Shown here piece after piece: positions 13,690 to 27,081 of a stretch of 64,000 nucleotides of DNA. The DNA is from Octopus vulgaris (taxonomy: Eukaryota), in assembly GCA_951406725.2 (NCBI GenBank), contig OX597822.1, forward strand, positions 36,704,001 through 36,768,000. Direction: 5' to 3'. Position 1 is the first letter of the stretch, and the number at the start of each line of letters is the position of its first letter. The position numbers were made by a program, and so were the translations under genes. The notes below the pieces were generated by a model, which saw nothing but the letters and a program-made list of their open reading frames with translations, ran no database searches and was not told the DNA's origin.

Positions 13690-13900
13690 ATAATGGTAAG
13701 CGAGAGAAATGAAGTCTACTGTCAGACAAAACCCAACACTTCTCTCTAGCTCTAATTTTGTTCTCTTACAACATTCTTCTATCGCTGTCTGTGGATTACA
13801 ACTAACTATTCGTATACGCCAAACTATGTAAAGAAACATTCTACCGCATCTAACTTTCTTTCGCATGCTTTTGGATTTATCACAACCTGCCCGTCGAGGC
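13690..13900 (-). pseudogene. possible RTE-LINE RT C-terminal remnant
   Basis: Minus-strand peptide MRKK..(A)V.MFLYIVWRIRIVS..EE..KR weakly resembles the RTE thumb region. Confidence 0.35.
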
Positions 13901-14528
13901 AAGGTATTGCAATGCAACGGTAAATAAACATTTTCTTAAAACATCATGCATCTTTCACATCTTACAACATGCAATTATAACAAATAAATTATTATCGTCA
14001 CACCAGCTGACTACGACGTCATCAATATAATGTTTACTAATCAATTTAAATCCGTTTCAAAAGCATGTGAAAGTTAAAAGACAGGTTAAGAGTGTGAGTA
14101 AAATAGCCAAGAAAGAGTTATTAACCGAAGAAAATAGAGTAGAGACATGCTACATTTTATTGAAAGGGAAAAAGGAGCTACAGTATAGTTGGAAAAAAAA
14201 AAGTTAGAAAGCTGCAACTATGACACTGGAAAAATCTTTTTAATAACAATATAGCCATAATTTATAAAAGAAAACAAAAGCATTTTATAACAACAAACTA
14301 CCATCGTAGATGAAAATCCTGGTGAGTTCAGCATGAATTCAGCAGAAAATTATTACAAAAGAAAACGTATCAATTACCAAGATACAAAATGTATCTTAAT
14401 AATTGACTTCAGAACCAGCACTGCTGGTAACAGGATATTAAACGTTGAACTTAGGAAAATAAAACACATTTATTAACAAATTATGATCAATAAAGAAATA
14501 AATATTCAAAATTGTCACATCTGCATCT

Positions 14529-14823
14529 GAAGTGTACTCAACTTACGTCGACAATTGGTTCCAAGAAATTCAACTTAACTCGAAAACTGACGTAACACGA
14601 AAAAACATTTTCAAAAAAATGTATTAAATGGTTTTTCACATGTTTAATTGATGTCTACTTTAGTATTGTTTTTTTTTTATATATATAATTTTATGCTTTT
14701 AAATGTTTGTTGAGTGAGATCGACTTCAAGCCGGATAAATAGACTGGAATTGAAAGTCTATTTTTCCCATAAAAAAAAAACAGCGTAATGTAACTCGAAA
14801 CGACGTAAGTTGAGGTGTCTCTT
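14529..14823. mobile_element. MITE (Tigger/pogo-like)
   Basis: Terminal inverted repeats CTCAACTTACGTCG (14537-14550) and CGACGTAAGTTGAG (14801-14814) around an AT-rich interior. Confidence 0.7.
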
Positions 14824-15166
14824 TATTGGTACACTAGGAACGACCATTAACAAGAAAATAACACATGAAAACAGTAGTAAAACAATACTTCAGAGCCAGC
14901 GCTGTTGGTGACAGGATATTAAACGTTGATCGTAGGAAAATAAAATACACTGAAAAATTAGTGACTAATAAAGACTTAAATATACAAAATCGTCACGAAC
15001 AACTCTGCATCAAAAGTATAATTAGTAATATAGTTTAGTATTTCATGACTACAATATCTGATTTTTTACCCAATGAATGATAAATGACACATTTTTAATA
15101 ATCCGATTGCGTGAGATTACATGATACTTGTATATACCCAATAGGATTATAAACAACACTTGGTGG

Positions 15167-15510
15167 CTTTGCCTTTCATCCTTTCGAGGCCGATAAAATA
15201 GGCACCAGTCATTCACTGGGATCGATGTAATCGACTTACCCCTTCTCCCCCACCCAAATTTCAGGCCTTGAACCTATAGCAGAAAGGATTATTATTATTG
15301 GCAATCTGGCAGAATCGATGGCGCGCCGGAAACAATGTTCAACGAATTTCGTCCGTCTTTATGTTCTGAGATCAAATTCCGTTGAGGTTCACCTTGCATT
15401 TCATCCTTTCGGAGTCGATAAAATAAGTACCAGTTGAACACTGGGGTCGCTTAATCATTTAACCTCATCCCCCAAGACTCTAGGTCTTGTGCCTATTGTA
15501 GAAAGAATTA
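15167..15510 (+). mobile_element. two tandem SINE family C copies
   Basis: CTTTGCCTTTCATCCTTTCG..GATAAAATA.GTACCAG core occurs twice (15167-15290 and 15299-15510). Confidence 0.85.
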
Positions 15511-15541
15511 TTGAGTTTTCTCCTTTCAATTTTGTTTCCAG

Positions 15542-15600
<59 letters not shown>

Positions 15601-15699
15601 GATTATTATTGAGCGAGAGAGCAGTGCATGCCATCAAAGTGACACTGGGGTAAAGTATACGAAGCCCACTATACCCATCATGACTACCCGTCTGATAAG

Positions 15700-15774
<75 letters not shown>

Positions 15775-15776
15775 AA
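15542..15776. repeat. (ATT)n - 90-bp repeat fragment - (AAT)n(AAG)n
   Basis: Oppositely oriented triplet tracts flank GAGCGAGAGAGCAGTGCATGCC..GATAAGGG. Confidence 0.8.
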
Positions 15777-15793
15777 CCAGTTGAGCATGTCCC

Positions 15794-16555
15794 TTATTAT
15801 TATATGTTTGACTTTTACTTTGTCTTGGTACAAGTTGATTCCAAGTATCACCCAGAGACCTCAAGAGACAGCAAGTTAAAAGTTCAAGTTGCTGTTATGA
15901 CTAGGATGCCATATATTTGGTTTTTCACAAAGTATTGTTCTAGAGAATGTTTATAAGTTTGATTTAAAATTTGAGATTAGATAGACAGTATTTTACGCAG
16001 GATATGGACAACTCCTATGAGTACTATCTTTTAAATTCCTGCCATTGTTGGATTTCCTGGTATCTGAGCTAGGTAGCAGTCAGCCCCTTTTGTTATCATT
16101 CCCAGGGCACCTACGACAACAGGTATTGTTTTAGTCTTGAGGTTCCACATTTTGCCAATTTCTATTTCAAGATCTTTATAATTGCTCACTTTTTGGTAGG
16201 TCTTGACAGAAACATTTATATCGATTGGGACGGTCATATCGATAAGGAGGCATGATTTTTGTCTGAAGTCCTTCAATATAATGTCTGGCCTATTCGCATC
16301 TATCTTTCTGTCAGTTTGAACGGTGAAGTTCCAGAGGAGTGAGATGTGGTAATTTTCAAGCACTGGAGGTGGTTTGTGTTCCCACCAGTTTTTATCATGG
16401 GACAAGTACAAGTCTTTGCAAATTACCCAGTGAATATACTGTGCTGCTCTATCATGCCTGTTGAGATACTCTGTAGGCGAAAGAAGACTGCACATGGAAA
16501 CAACATGATCGATGGTTCCATTTTGTTGCTTACATAGACGACATGTTGGGCTAAA
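15794..16555 (-). mobile_element. 5'-truncated R4/Dong-type RLE LINE (Zn-knuckle end + REL endonuclease + 3' UTR)
   Basis: ORF 16031-16495: EYLNRHDRAAQYIHW..ANRPDIILKD..LLIDMTVP..KY(K)DL..IPVVVGALG. The 3' end runs into AATAATAA. Confidence 0.9.
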
Positions 16556-16705
16556 CGTACGAACATTTGAAGGTGGAAAGGATAGTCTTGAAAACTTTAA
16601 TAAGCTTTATTTGTCTACTGGTTTGAGTATCGGTTGCAGTTCTCAAGGATTTCTTTGAATCTTTTCTTTTGTATCGCATCGTTGTTTATAAATACATACC
16701 GGTTG

Positions 16706-16885
16706 ATACATACATACATACATACATACATACATACATACATACATACATACATACATACATACATACATACATACATACATACATACATACATACATA
16801 CATAGACTCATGCATACATAGATACATACATATACATGCATACATGTATGTATACATACATACATACACATATACATACACATAC
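16706..16885. repeat. (CATA)n microsatellite
   Basis: Direct reading. Confidence 0.95.
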
Positions 16886-16889
16886 ATGA

Positions 16890-17200
16890 GAAGCACTCCG
16901 TCGATTACGATGAAGGTCCCAAATGATTTGATCAACAGAACAGCTTGCTCGTGACCTTAACGTGTAAGTGGCTGAGCACTCCACAGACACGTGTACCCTT
17001 AACGTAGCTCTCAGGGAGATTCAGCGTGTGACAAGGCTGGGCCTTTGAAATACAGGTACTACTCATTTTTGCCAGCTGAGTGGACTGAAGCAACGTAAAA
17101 TAAAGTGTCTTGCTCAAGGACTCAACGCGTCACTGGGAACTGAACTCACGACCTTACGATCGTGAGCCGAATACCCTAACCACTAAGCCATGCGCCGTCA
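16890..17200 (-). mobile_element. tRNA-derived SINE, A1 head with CGACGGAGTGCTTC tail
   Basis: Minus-strand A box TGGCTTAGTGG and B box GAGTTCAGTTCCC; the tail matches that of the 47906-48288 copy. Confidence 0.9.
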
Positions 17201-17611
17201 CATACATACACATACATACATACATGTGTACATGTATGCATGCATGCATGCATACGTACATAGATAAATGTATGAATGCATACAAACTATACCATACATG
17301 CATACATACTTATATACATGAATACATACATACATGACCATATTTAGTAAATCTTAAAACTTTACTATCTACAACTCGTTTTCTTTTCTTTTTGACTCTC
17401 CTTGAGTATTCGAACGTGTAAACATCCTTTTCATCGCAAAAGTCCTACAGTATTCTCCAATTCTCCAATTGGACAGACAAACGAACATCTCAAAAAAACT
17501 TTAAAAATTTAATTTATTAGCCAAATACGTAAACACACCTTTTATTGCAACAACACAAATGAATTCAGAAATTCAAAAATTCAACGACGTGAATATCAGT
17601 ATATATGTGTG

Positions 17612-17663
<52 letters not shown>

Positions 17664-17683
17664 CATATATATATGTATGTATG

Positions 17684-17717
<34 letters not shown>

Positions 17718-18059
17718 TGTATGTATGTATGTATGTGTATATATATATATATATATATATTGTTGTTTTTCTACCAGTAATTATAAATAGAACAGGTTGA
17801 ATTGCTTCTTTTCAAGGCAGCGTTCTCAGTGGTCACTGGTAGTAGTAAACACATTTGACCTCTGCTGATCCAAAGGGTGCGAAGATTCGTTTGTCTCTAT
17901 GGCTGACCGCCCCACTATCTGCCGAATCTATTTATAGACCTGTAGAATATGATCTATTCACCAAGATGCTACCCATCTATTTCATTCAACAATTACATAT
18001 TTATGATTATCTCAAGTACAAGACAAAAGTTGAAAATAAAGAACATTTAGTAAAATCTT

Positions 18060-18313
18060 TTAATAATAAATGGAAATAGTAATAATGATAATAACAATGG
18101 TAATGGTGATGATGGTGATAATGATAAAAATAAAAATAATAATAATAATATGCTGCAGCTGCTAATACTACAAGTACTACTATTATTTAGGACAGGAATC
18201 TGAGGCCCAACTACCACCCTTACTACTACCTCCACCCCTGCTACTGTTACTGTTGCTGCAACCACCTGCTGCTACTACACATGAAAACAATATCATTGAT
18301 ATCAGAGATGATG

Positions 18314-18351
<38 letters not shown>

Positions 18352-18387
18352 AATAATAATAATAATAACAATAATGATAATAATAAT
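18060..18387. repeat. degenerate (AAT)/(GAT)/(CTA) triplet tract
   Basis: Direct reading; forms the 5' flank of the Dong-like LINE. Confidence 0.85.
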
Positions 18388-21300
18388 GAAAGGAAACGGG
18401 TAGACTGATTAAGGATATATCTAGTGATGGTGTCGCAATAAAAACACTGGTAATTGCGCAACCTGATAATCGCTACCTCATATGAGTGACAATGAAAAAA
18501 TAAAATATTGTGAATAACGGTGGTAATGAAACTGAAGCCAATGATGGTGACAGTGTTCTACCCGACAGGCTCTGAGATTCTGGTCCGGCTCCAGCCTGTC
18601 GACATCCAGAAAGGGACCACCACACACGGCGTAGATGGTGCAAGCAAATTAATGCTCTGGTCATGGAGTGTTACAACCTGAGCAGCCCGGTAGATGAAAA
18701 TGGTGCTCAAATTAGGGGTTACCGACAACGTATGTATGATCATTGGAGAGAAAAGCGATTGTTTCAACTCACGGAAGAGAGACTATGGGATCAAGCTAGA
18801 GCAATGAGAAAAAATCGTTGGTTCGCAGAAGTAGAGCTCAAAGCTATCAAAAGACGCGTCTTGGAAAATAGCAGCAGAGATAACGATGAAAATACAGTTC
18901 TTACTAAAAAGCATAGCACAGGAATGGAGCAGTGGTAGTTTACTTGATGAGAGACATATAGATGATCTAAAAAAAAAAAGACAATAAAACTAATGGCAAC
19001 ATGACAGATGAACAAAAGACAATCTACGACACAATAAAGGCAAGACTACAGGAGAACGATAGCAACATTATTTGCAACCTTAAAAAGGTTGATCGATGGA
19101 AATCGAACCAAGAAACGAAAAATGTCAATGAAATTTTGAAATACATCAGAACAAGCAACATCACAGAAACAAATAATTTGATCAAGGCAGCAAGCATTGT
19201 TGTAGCAGAAAACGTGGGTGTTGATGTCAAGAAAAAGAAACATAATGGGAGTGACAAAAGAAAAGATCCATGGTGGAAAAGAAGAATACAGGCAGGGTTA
19301 GACTTGCTCTCGAAGGACATTTCTGTTAGACCGAAAAGAGAAAGGGGAGCGTAAAAGCGAACAAAAATACAGGGCGCTGAAAAGGAAGTATAATATCGAA
19401 AGAAAGGGCCTGAAAGTGGTGATAGAGAAACTGAAACAACACCTCGTTGCAAAGAAAGCAAAGATGGTAAGTTACGACCAAAGAATGAAAGGTTATCACC
19501 AGAATAGGTTATTCAGAGTAGATCAGAAGAGATTCTATAAAGAAACACATGGAGAGTGTACAGATGAAAAGTTGACACCAGATAACAATGAAAGTCAAAG
19601 GCTTTGGAGTGACATCTGGAGTAAAGACAAGGAGCACAAGAAGGATGCTGAATGATCGCAAGAACTGAAACAAACAGTAGTCTGTCCAAAACAGGCAGAA
19701 CTAGTCATTTCAGTTAGGGAATCAGCAAAAAAATGAGCAACTGGAAGGCCCCGGGACCAGATGGAGTTCAAGGCTACTGGATCAAAAGATTTGGTGAATG
19801 TCATGCACAGATAGCTGCGCAACTCAATACCTCGTTAAATGGCGACCAAGTAACACCAGAGTGGTTGACATTGGGTAGGAGAGTGCTGTGCCTGAAAAAC
19901 ATCGAAAAAGGCAATACGGTAAACAATTACAAGCCGATATCCTGCTTGCCACTTAGGTGGAAGTTATTGACTGGAATACTCGCAGAGTTAATGTACGAAC
20001 TTCTGGAAAAAAATGGAGTCCTGCCACATGAGCAGAAGGGTTGCAAGCGTAAGTGCAGAGGTACTAAGGATCAACTCCTGATAGACAAAACTGTACTTAG
20101 AGACTGCAAGTGTAGGAAAGTAACTTAGCCATGTCATGGATCGACTATCGTAAAGCGTACGGTATGATCCCACATTCTTGGATTATGGAATGTATGAACC
20201 TATTTAGTATTGTATCGAATATTGAGCGATTGCTTGGAAAAAGTATGGTCAATTAGAGGACGGACCTGACAGCATATGGAAGAAGTTTAGGGACTGTAGA
20301 AATTAGGAGGTGCATCTTCCAAGGGGACTTCCTGTCCCCATTGATCTTTGTACTGTGCTTGATACCACTAACACTGATTTTGAGGAAAGCAAAAGCTAGG
20401 TATGTATTCAAAAGCCTCCAACAAAAAGTCAACCATTTGTTATTCATGGACGGCCTGAAACTTTATGGTAAAGATGAATCCCAAGCCAGTTCCCTCGTTG
20501 ATACGGTGTATACCTTCAGTGCTGATGTCAGAATGGAGTTTGGAATGAGAAAGTGCGGTGTGTTAGTCTTGAAGAGAGGCAAAATCAAATGTATGGACGG
20601 GCTAACGATACCGTCGGGGTAGGTTATAAAGCAGATAGAATAGACGGGCTATAAATACTTGGGGATTTTGGAAATGGATAAATTGATGGGGAAAGAAATG
20701 ACAGAAAAATTTAAGGTGGAGTACTTGCGCAGATTGAGACTAATCCTTAAGTCGAAAATTAAACGAACGGAATCAGATTGAAGCTATCGACACCTGGGCG
20801 ATTTCACCCCTTAGATATGGAGCAGGGGTAATCGCATGGACATTAGACGAACTAAACAGCTTAGACAGAAAGACAAGGAAGTTGCTAACTAGATATGAGA
20901 CACTCCACCCAAAAAGTGACACAAACAGACTGTATGTACCAAGAAAAAGCGGGGGAAGAAGACTTATTGGATGCGAACACAGCATTAGAGAAGAAAACAA
21001 AATAGCATGGTCTGTAAAAATGGCACAGAACCGCTATTATTAGAAGTAAGAAGGTCAGTATTGTGGAGGATGAAAGTTTGCAAAGATTAAGCACTATAAA
21101 AGAAACTGAAAACGAATGAAACTGAAAATAGGTGGGTAAAGAAAAGAATGCATGGTCAATTTCATAGGGATGTTGAAGATAAGACAGAGAAAAAAGATGG
21201 CTGTGGATGACTAAAAGTGATTTAAAACCAGAAACGGAGGCTCTAATCTATGCTGCCCAAGAGCAAGCACGAAGAACAAACTACATAAAATATAGAATAG

Positions 21301-21964
21301 ACAACACATCAGAAAATGATAAGTGCAGAATCTGTGGACAAAATGTTGAAACCGTATGGCATATTACCAGCCAATGTACGCCACTAACCCAGAAAGAATA
21401 TAAGAGACGCCACAACAATATAGCCAGCATTGTCTACTGGACACTTTGCAACAAGTATGGACTGACAGAGCAAAAAGTTGGTACGACTACAAACCCGAAA
21501 CGAAAATATAAATGCAAAGATCCTATGGGATTTTATGATTCAGTGCGTCCATGAGATAGAGAATAGGAAACCAGACATAGTCTTAATTGAGAAAGAAAAC
21601 AAACTATGCTGGATCATAGATATAGCATGCCTAACTGACAACAAGGTATGCGATAAGGAAGAAAGAAAAGTCGAGAGATATGACAGGTTAGCTTGGGAAG
21701 TTAAGCAGTTGTGGTCGATGGAAAATGTAGCAGTAGTACCAATAATTGTCGGAGCACTGGGAACAATGAGAAAAAATCTCAAGAAGTACGTGGAAGAAAT
21801 AGGGGCTGCAATAAGGGTGGAGCATTCGCAGAAAATAGCACTGCTTGGAACCGCCAGAATACTCCGGAAGGTTCTCGAAAAATAAGAGGTGTTACCTTAG
21901 TTCACTGGTAGTGAACAGCTGACACCGCAGTACATCTCCAGCGTTAGAAGCTGTGCAAAGGCAA
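18388..21964 (+). mobile_element. near full-length R4/Dong-clade non-LTR retrotransposon (RT + CCHC + REL endonuclease), inactivated
   Basis: Collinear motifs across broken ORFs: [108 protein letters not shown]. Flanked by (TAA)n on both sides. Confidence 0.95.
18490..21885 (+). pseudogene. disrupted single ORF of the Dong-like LINE (reverse transcriptase-endonuclease)
   Basis: Fragments 18663-18938, 19001-19354, 19416-19655, 19733-20128, 20341-20622, 21207-21554 and 21478-21885 are separated by stops and frameshifts. The catalytic (Y/F)xDD reads FMDG at 20443-20454. Confidence 0.93.
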
Positions 21965-22200
<236 letters not shown>

Positions 22201-22215
22201 TCCTTAATACTGGAT

Positions 22216-22412
22216 GCACAAGGCCTCATTTGTGGGACTAGGACTAGTCGATTACATCGACCCCAGTGCGTAACGGGTACTTATTTCATCGACCCTGATA
22301 GAATGAAAGGCAAAGTCGACCTCGGCGGAATTTGAACTCAGAACGTAGCAGCAGACGAAATCCGCTAAGCATTTTGGCCGGCGTACTAACGATTCTGCCA
22401 ACCCACCGCCTT
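22216..22412 (-). mobile_element. SINE family C
   Basis: Reverse complement of GGCGGTGGGTTGGCAGAATCGTTAG..GAGTTCAAATTCCGCCGAGGTCGACTTTG. Confidence 0.9.
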
Positions 22413-22430
22413 AATAATAATATTCTTTCT

Positions 22431-22478
<48 letters not shown>

Positions 22479-22485
22479 AATAACG

Positions 22486-22522
<37 letters not shown>

Positions 22523-23659
22523 TAATAATAATTTCCTCCTACATTTTCTTTTTATCTATTATTGGTATTTGGTTGCAATATATTTTTTGCCTCTATTCAT
22601 TGTCTGTGAATATGATGAATATTACATCACTTTTACTTTTGTTCATGCTTAGAACATGCACAAAAACTTGTGCATGTTACAATTTATATGCAAATTTCTC
22701 TGCTATGCACCTGGCTAGAGACAATTTCTTCTATTGTTATGTTATTTCGTTTGTTTGTTGCTACTTCGTCGCTTTAAAATGGCCTCGTCTTAAGATCAGA
22801 GATGAGCAGACGACCAAACGTCTATTTTAGCAAGCTGTACATTGTTTTGGAATCCATTTTAACAAAAGCTATTTGAATATCTGTGAATGCTGTCAACCAC
22901 CACGTGTTCTTCGAGTTCTTCAATTCTCTCTGCAACAAAGACTAATGATGCTTAAGCAATTCTTCTGTTATCAAACATTCCTTTTACGATAAATTAGAAT
23001 TAATCAATTTCTGGAGCAATCTATGCTGAATGTCTAAGTGCTTAGATATCTCTTAATTAATTTCAGTAAAGCCATCTTTCTCTGTTCACGTGACGTTGAA
23101 CCTAAAATATCAACAGAAAATGTATGGACGTTTTATTTGAAATTTATTGATAGACCATTAGGAAGTGAATAAATAAGTGATTCACAATGCAAAGCCAATA
23201 TTAAATGCTGTCGTAGTTTGACAATAGAATTCCTGTGTCATTTGGTCTATGCATTTTTCTTTTCTAGCTTAACACGTACAAGGTAGTGAAACGTCCAAAA
23301 TATAGCCTCACTCAAGTCTTTAGTGCTATAAAGATCAGATGAAGACAACGATTGTGTATTTCTTCAATATCTTTTTTTAATAATTCGGTTATTGACAATG
23401 ATGGACAATTCATTCAGTTTATCATTACGGTTTTTTTTTTATTTTTCTGACCGCGATGCTAACACAGTCTTCTCGTTTTCATCTGCTGGTTTGTCAATCA
23501 AAAAGAAGACATAACCACAATCCATTTAACTTGACTGACCTTTTTCAGATGTCGTGAAGGAGAGTAATATCAGTATTAATAATATAAATGATATACGGAG
23601 TTCCGGGATGGCTTTAGCCATGATGACTCAAATTAAAGAATATATGTATACAAGCAATA

Positions 23660-23977
23660 TACACACGCACACACGCACGCACATACACACACACACACAC
23701 ACACACATGCACGCACACGCACTCATACACACACACATACAAACGTACACATACACACACATACACACACATGCACACACATTCACATGCATGGGCACAA
23801 ACACACACACACACACACACGTCCGCACATACACACAAAGGAATATGTAAGCATAATCTAATATAATTAAACGGCATTTGCTGCATATGAATACTTATAT
23901 AAGCATATAGATGAATGTCTATCTATATATGTATGTGTGTGCGTATGGGTATACACGTGTGTGTGTGTGTGTATATA

Positions 23978-24021
<44 letters not shown>

Positions 24022-24070
24022 AGCGAGTGTGTGTGCGTGAGCGAGTGTGTGTGCGTGTGCGTGTGCGTGT
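23660..24070. repeat. (CA)n-rich and (TG)n-rich tracts in opposite orientation
   Basis: CA-rich at 23660-23835 and TG-rich at 23930-24070. Confidence 0.9.
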
Positions 24071-24220
24071 AGCAGATATTGGATTCGGGAACCAAGCAGA
24101 ACTCACAATAAGTCTCCAACTGGGGAACCGGCTATCAGGTCACATGATTATTAGTTAAATTTAACAGGACTATGCACCTGAAAGTCCAAATACATTCATA
24201 GAAATATTTCCATTGAAGGA

Positions 24221-24433
24221 AGACAGCGAGCTGGCAGAGACGTTAGCACACCAGGCAAAATGCTTAGCGGCATTTCGTCCGTCTTTACGTTCTGAGTTCA
24301 AATTCCACCGAGGTCGACTTTGCTTTTCATCCATTCAGGATCGATAAAATAAGTACCAGTTGAGCACTGGGGTCGATGTAATCGACCTGCCCCCTCCCCC
24401 GATATTGCTGGCCTCGTGCCAAAATTTGAAACC
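24221..24433 (+). mobile_element. SINE family C, full-length
   Basis: GCGAGCTGGCAGAGACGTTAGC..GAGTTCAAATTCC (B box)..GTGCCAAAATTTGAAACC. Confidence 0.92.
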
Positions 24434-25563
24434 ATCAAAGAGTATGTAATAAGACAAAACAATTTTGCTTATTGTGTGCGCGCGCGCGTGTGTGTGTGTG
24501 TTTGTGTGTGTGTATAATGTCATGTATGTGGGCGTTTGTATATGTATATAAAGATAAGTGTTTGTGTATATATGTAGTCTGTCTAGGTGAATGGATGCAT
24601 GCATACGTGTGTGGTTTTACATATGTATACGTTTGTATATGTGTGTGTATGTGTGTGTAATAAGTTCTTTGACTAACTCTAATGGCGTGGAAACTAAATA
24701 TTCTATAGGTTCCTTGTTGGTATCCTTATTTTAGATCTGTCCCTTCTCTTCTCCCCTCTCACCCCACGACCTTTATTTACTTTGGGAGTCGGGTCGGGTG
24801 TGGAGAAAAACGTGGAAGTAATTTGTTATGAAATTTGCCATGGTGGTGACGGCAGTGGTGTCGCGATGTCTGGGTGTTGGGTGTTGTAGTGATCTCATAG
24901 AGAGAGAGAGAGTGAGACAGAGTCAGAGACAGAGAGAGAGAGGGGGGAGAGGGGGGAGGGAGAGAGAGACTAAAGGGATGTCTGTATGTCAAAAGTAGTG
25001 AAATTTAGATATAACTAGGGTGGGGATTCGAGCAGATAAACTGGGGGCGAGAGGAAAAGCATTTAAAAGATTTACAAAATAAATGGGACAATACTCTCTT
25101 AGATAAACAGATGCAAGAAATTAGAGACTCGGTTCGTTTCTTCGTTTTCTAAGAAATAAAACTTTTGCAATCTTTTTTAAAAAATCTGTTGGGTAAAATT
25201 AAATAACCTTATAAACTATTTTCAAAGAAGAAAACAGAAAAAGACAAAAAAAAAACTTTTACATGTTGGTATTGTAACTACATGTTAAAGTTTGGTGATG
25301 TTTTCTTTTATGTTACTTTCGGCTTGATAAGATGGAATTTGAAACCGCTTCTTTGTACTCATCGCTTTCCGCAGTGAACACACATCTCGAAATGCGTTAC
25401 TGTTAGCTGATGATAAGCTGGCAAATCGGTATCTGACAATTCTTACATCGTACACATTCTTTCTCTAGCTATCACCCATCATTCTGTCATCACATTTCCA
25501 GCAGCTGACTTCATTTCACTTTCACTGGGCCATTCTACTAAACGATTCTTGCAGTGGGTTGGG

Positions 25564-25569
25564 TATAAA
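25564..25569 (+). promoter_or_regulatory. candidate TATA box of a host gene
   Basis: GGGTATAAAGG in a TE-free island, about 390 nt upstream of a good ATG and splice donor. Confidence 0.4.
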
Positions 25570-25959
25570 GGCTCTTTCTATTTACATACATCAACTTACA
25601 CATTAGTGAGCACATACACGCATACAAACATACACCACTTTATACACTGGCACGGAAACACACACACACATACACACACACACACACTCGTACACACGCA
25701 CAACCCCTCTAATTCCTTAGAAACGCTGGGACGATTTCAACATCCTGTAACAGTGAAACCAATATAATATAAACACACTTCTCAATGCAGTCACTGAAGC
25801 TAATGTCACGCTAACCAAGCTCTTTGCTAAACGTATTTCCCTGAAACCAACCACTTCCGAAGATTTCTAAAATCACATTTAACATTTCTGTACGATTTTA
25901 TCAACAATTCACCAAATTATTCGATTCAAGGCTGACGTTTTTAATTTAAGTACTTGAAA

Positions 25960-26001
25960 ATGTCCGCAAAACTGTTGTTACTGTTGTGTATTGGAGCCAG
26001 G
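25960..26001 (+). CDS. candidate first coding exon: signal-peptide-like MSAKLLLLLCIGAR, phase-0 donor
   Basis: AAAATG context, K followed by a LLLLLCI hydrophobic core, exon ending AGG|GTAAGT (GT at 26002). No downstream exon identified. Confidence 0.5.
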
Positions 26002-26634
26002 GTAAGTAAATATTTTTCTGTTATCTATACACTCACCTACACACACTTTCACGTATATCTATATTTGTATGCAAACATACATGTATGCATTTATGCATGT
26101 TTTTGCATACACACATGCATGTGCGAACTTATTTTCAAATGCATGTGTGCAGAAACTTCTGTGCGTGTGTGTGTGTGTATGTGTGTGTATACACGTGTAT
26201 GTATGTATGTATTTGTGTATGTATGTGTGTGTATGTATATATATATATATATATTGCTAACCTCCAGTAATTTCGAATTCATTAGACGAAGTGAAATATC
26301 TTGTTAAGAGTCACGTATGTTTACTTAACTCACACACACACTTTGATATTCCTCCGTGTGTGTGCGTGCGTGGGCGCGCCTGTATAAACTTATAGGTATG
26401 AGTCGGAATCGGCAGGTATATGTAATTCTTCTTTTGTAATTTTCATATTCATATTATCACCTTCACACTAACGGCTCTTATATAAAATCAAGGTGATCTT
26501 GATAGCCAACAGGAACGTGAAACGTGCAATGCCGGTCTTACATACATCAAAATGAATTCAAATAATTAAATTCGATTTTCACCTTAACCATCTATTTTTA
26601 TGTTATGCTGTTAGAAAAGAAAATGCCATTTGTG

Positions 26635-26665
<31 letters not shown>

Positions 26666-27081
26666 TCTCTTTTGCAATGTTGTATCTCGAAGCACATACA
26701 GCTATAAATAATAGCATGTAAATATTTGGGATAGAAAACTTCGAAGGCTGCCTGTGGTACTCAAATTGAACCCACGTCGTCCGTTGACACGACAGACGAT
26801 CTATCATTGAACCAACGTAAACTTTCGCAGCTTTCTATCTGTTTTAGAAACTTTATTCTTAGTAGTGAGAATTGTATGTTGTTGACGTCACAAGGATTTA
26901 TTAGATTTCGAGAGAATATGAAATAATCTTTTTTTTTTTTTTTTTGGAACAGTCGATCTCGAAGCACCTTAAAGCCATGATGAGTAATAACATACTTCGA
27001 GATTCACTGTTCCAAAAACATAATTATCTCATGTTCCCTCGAAAGTTTATAAATTCTTATCTGTTAAAAGTAAATATCTAT

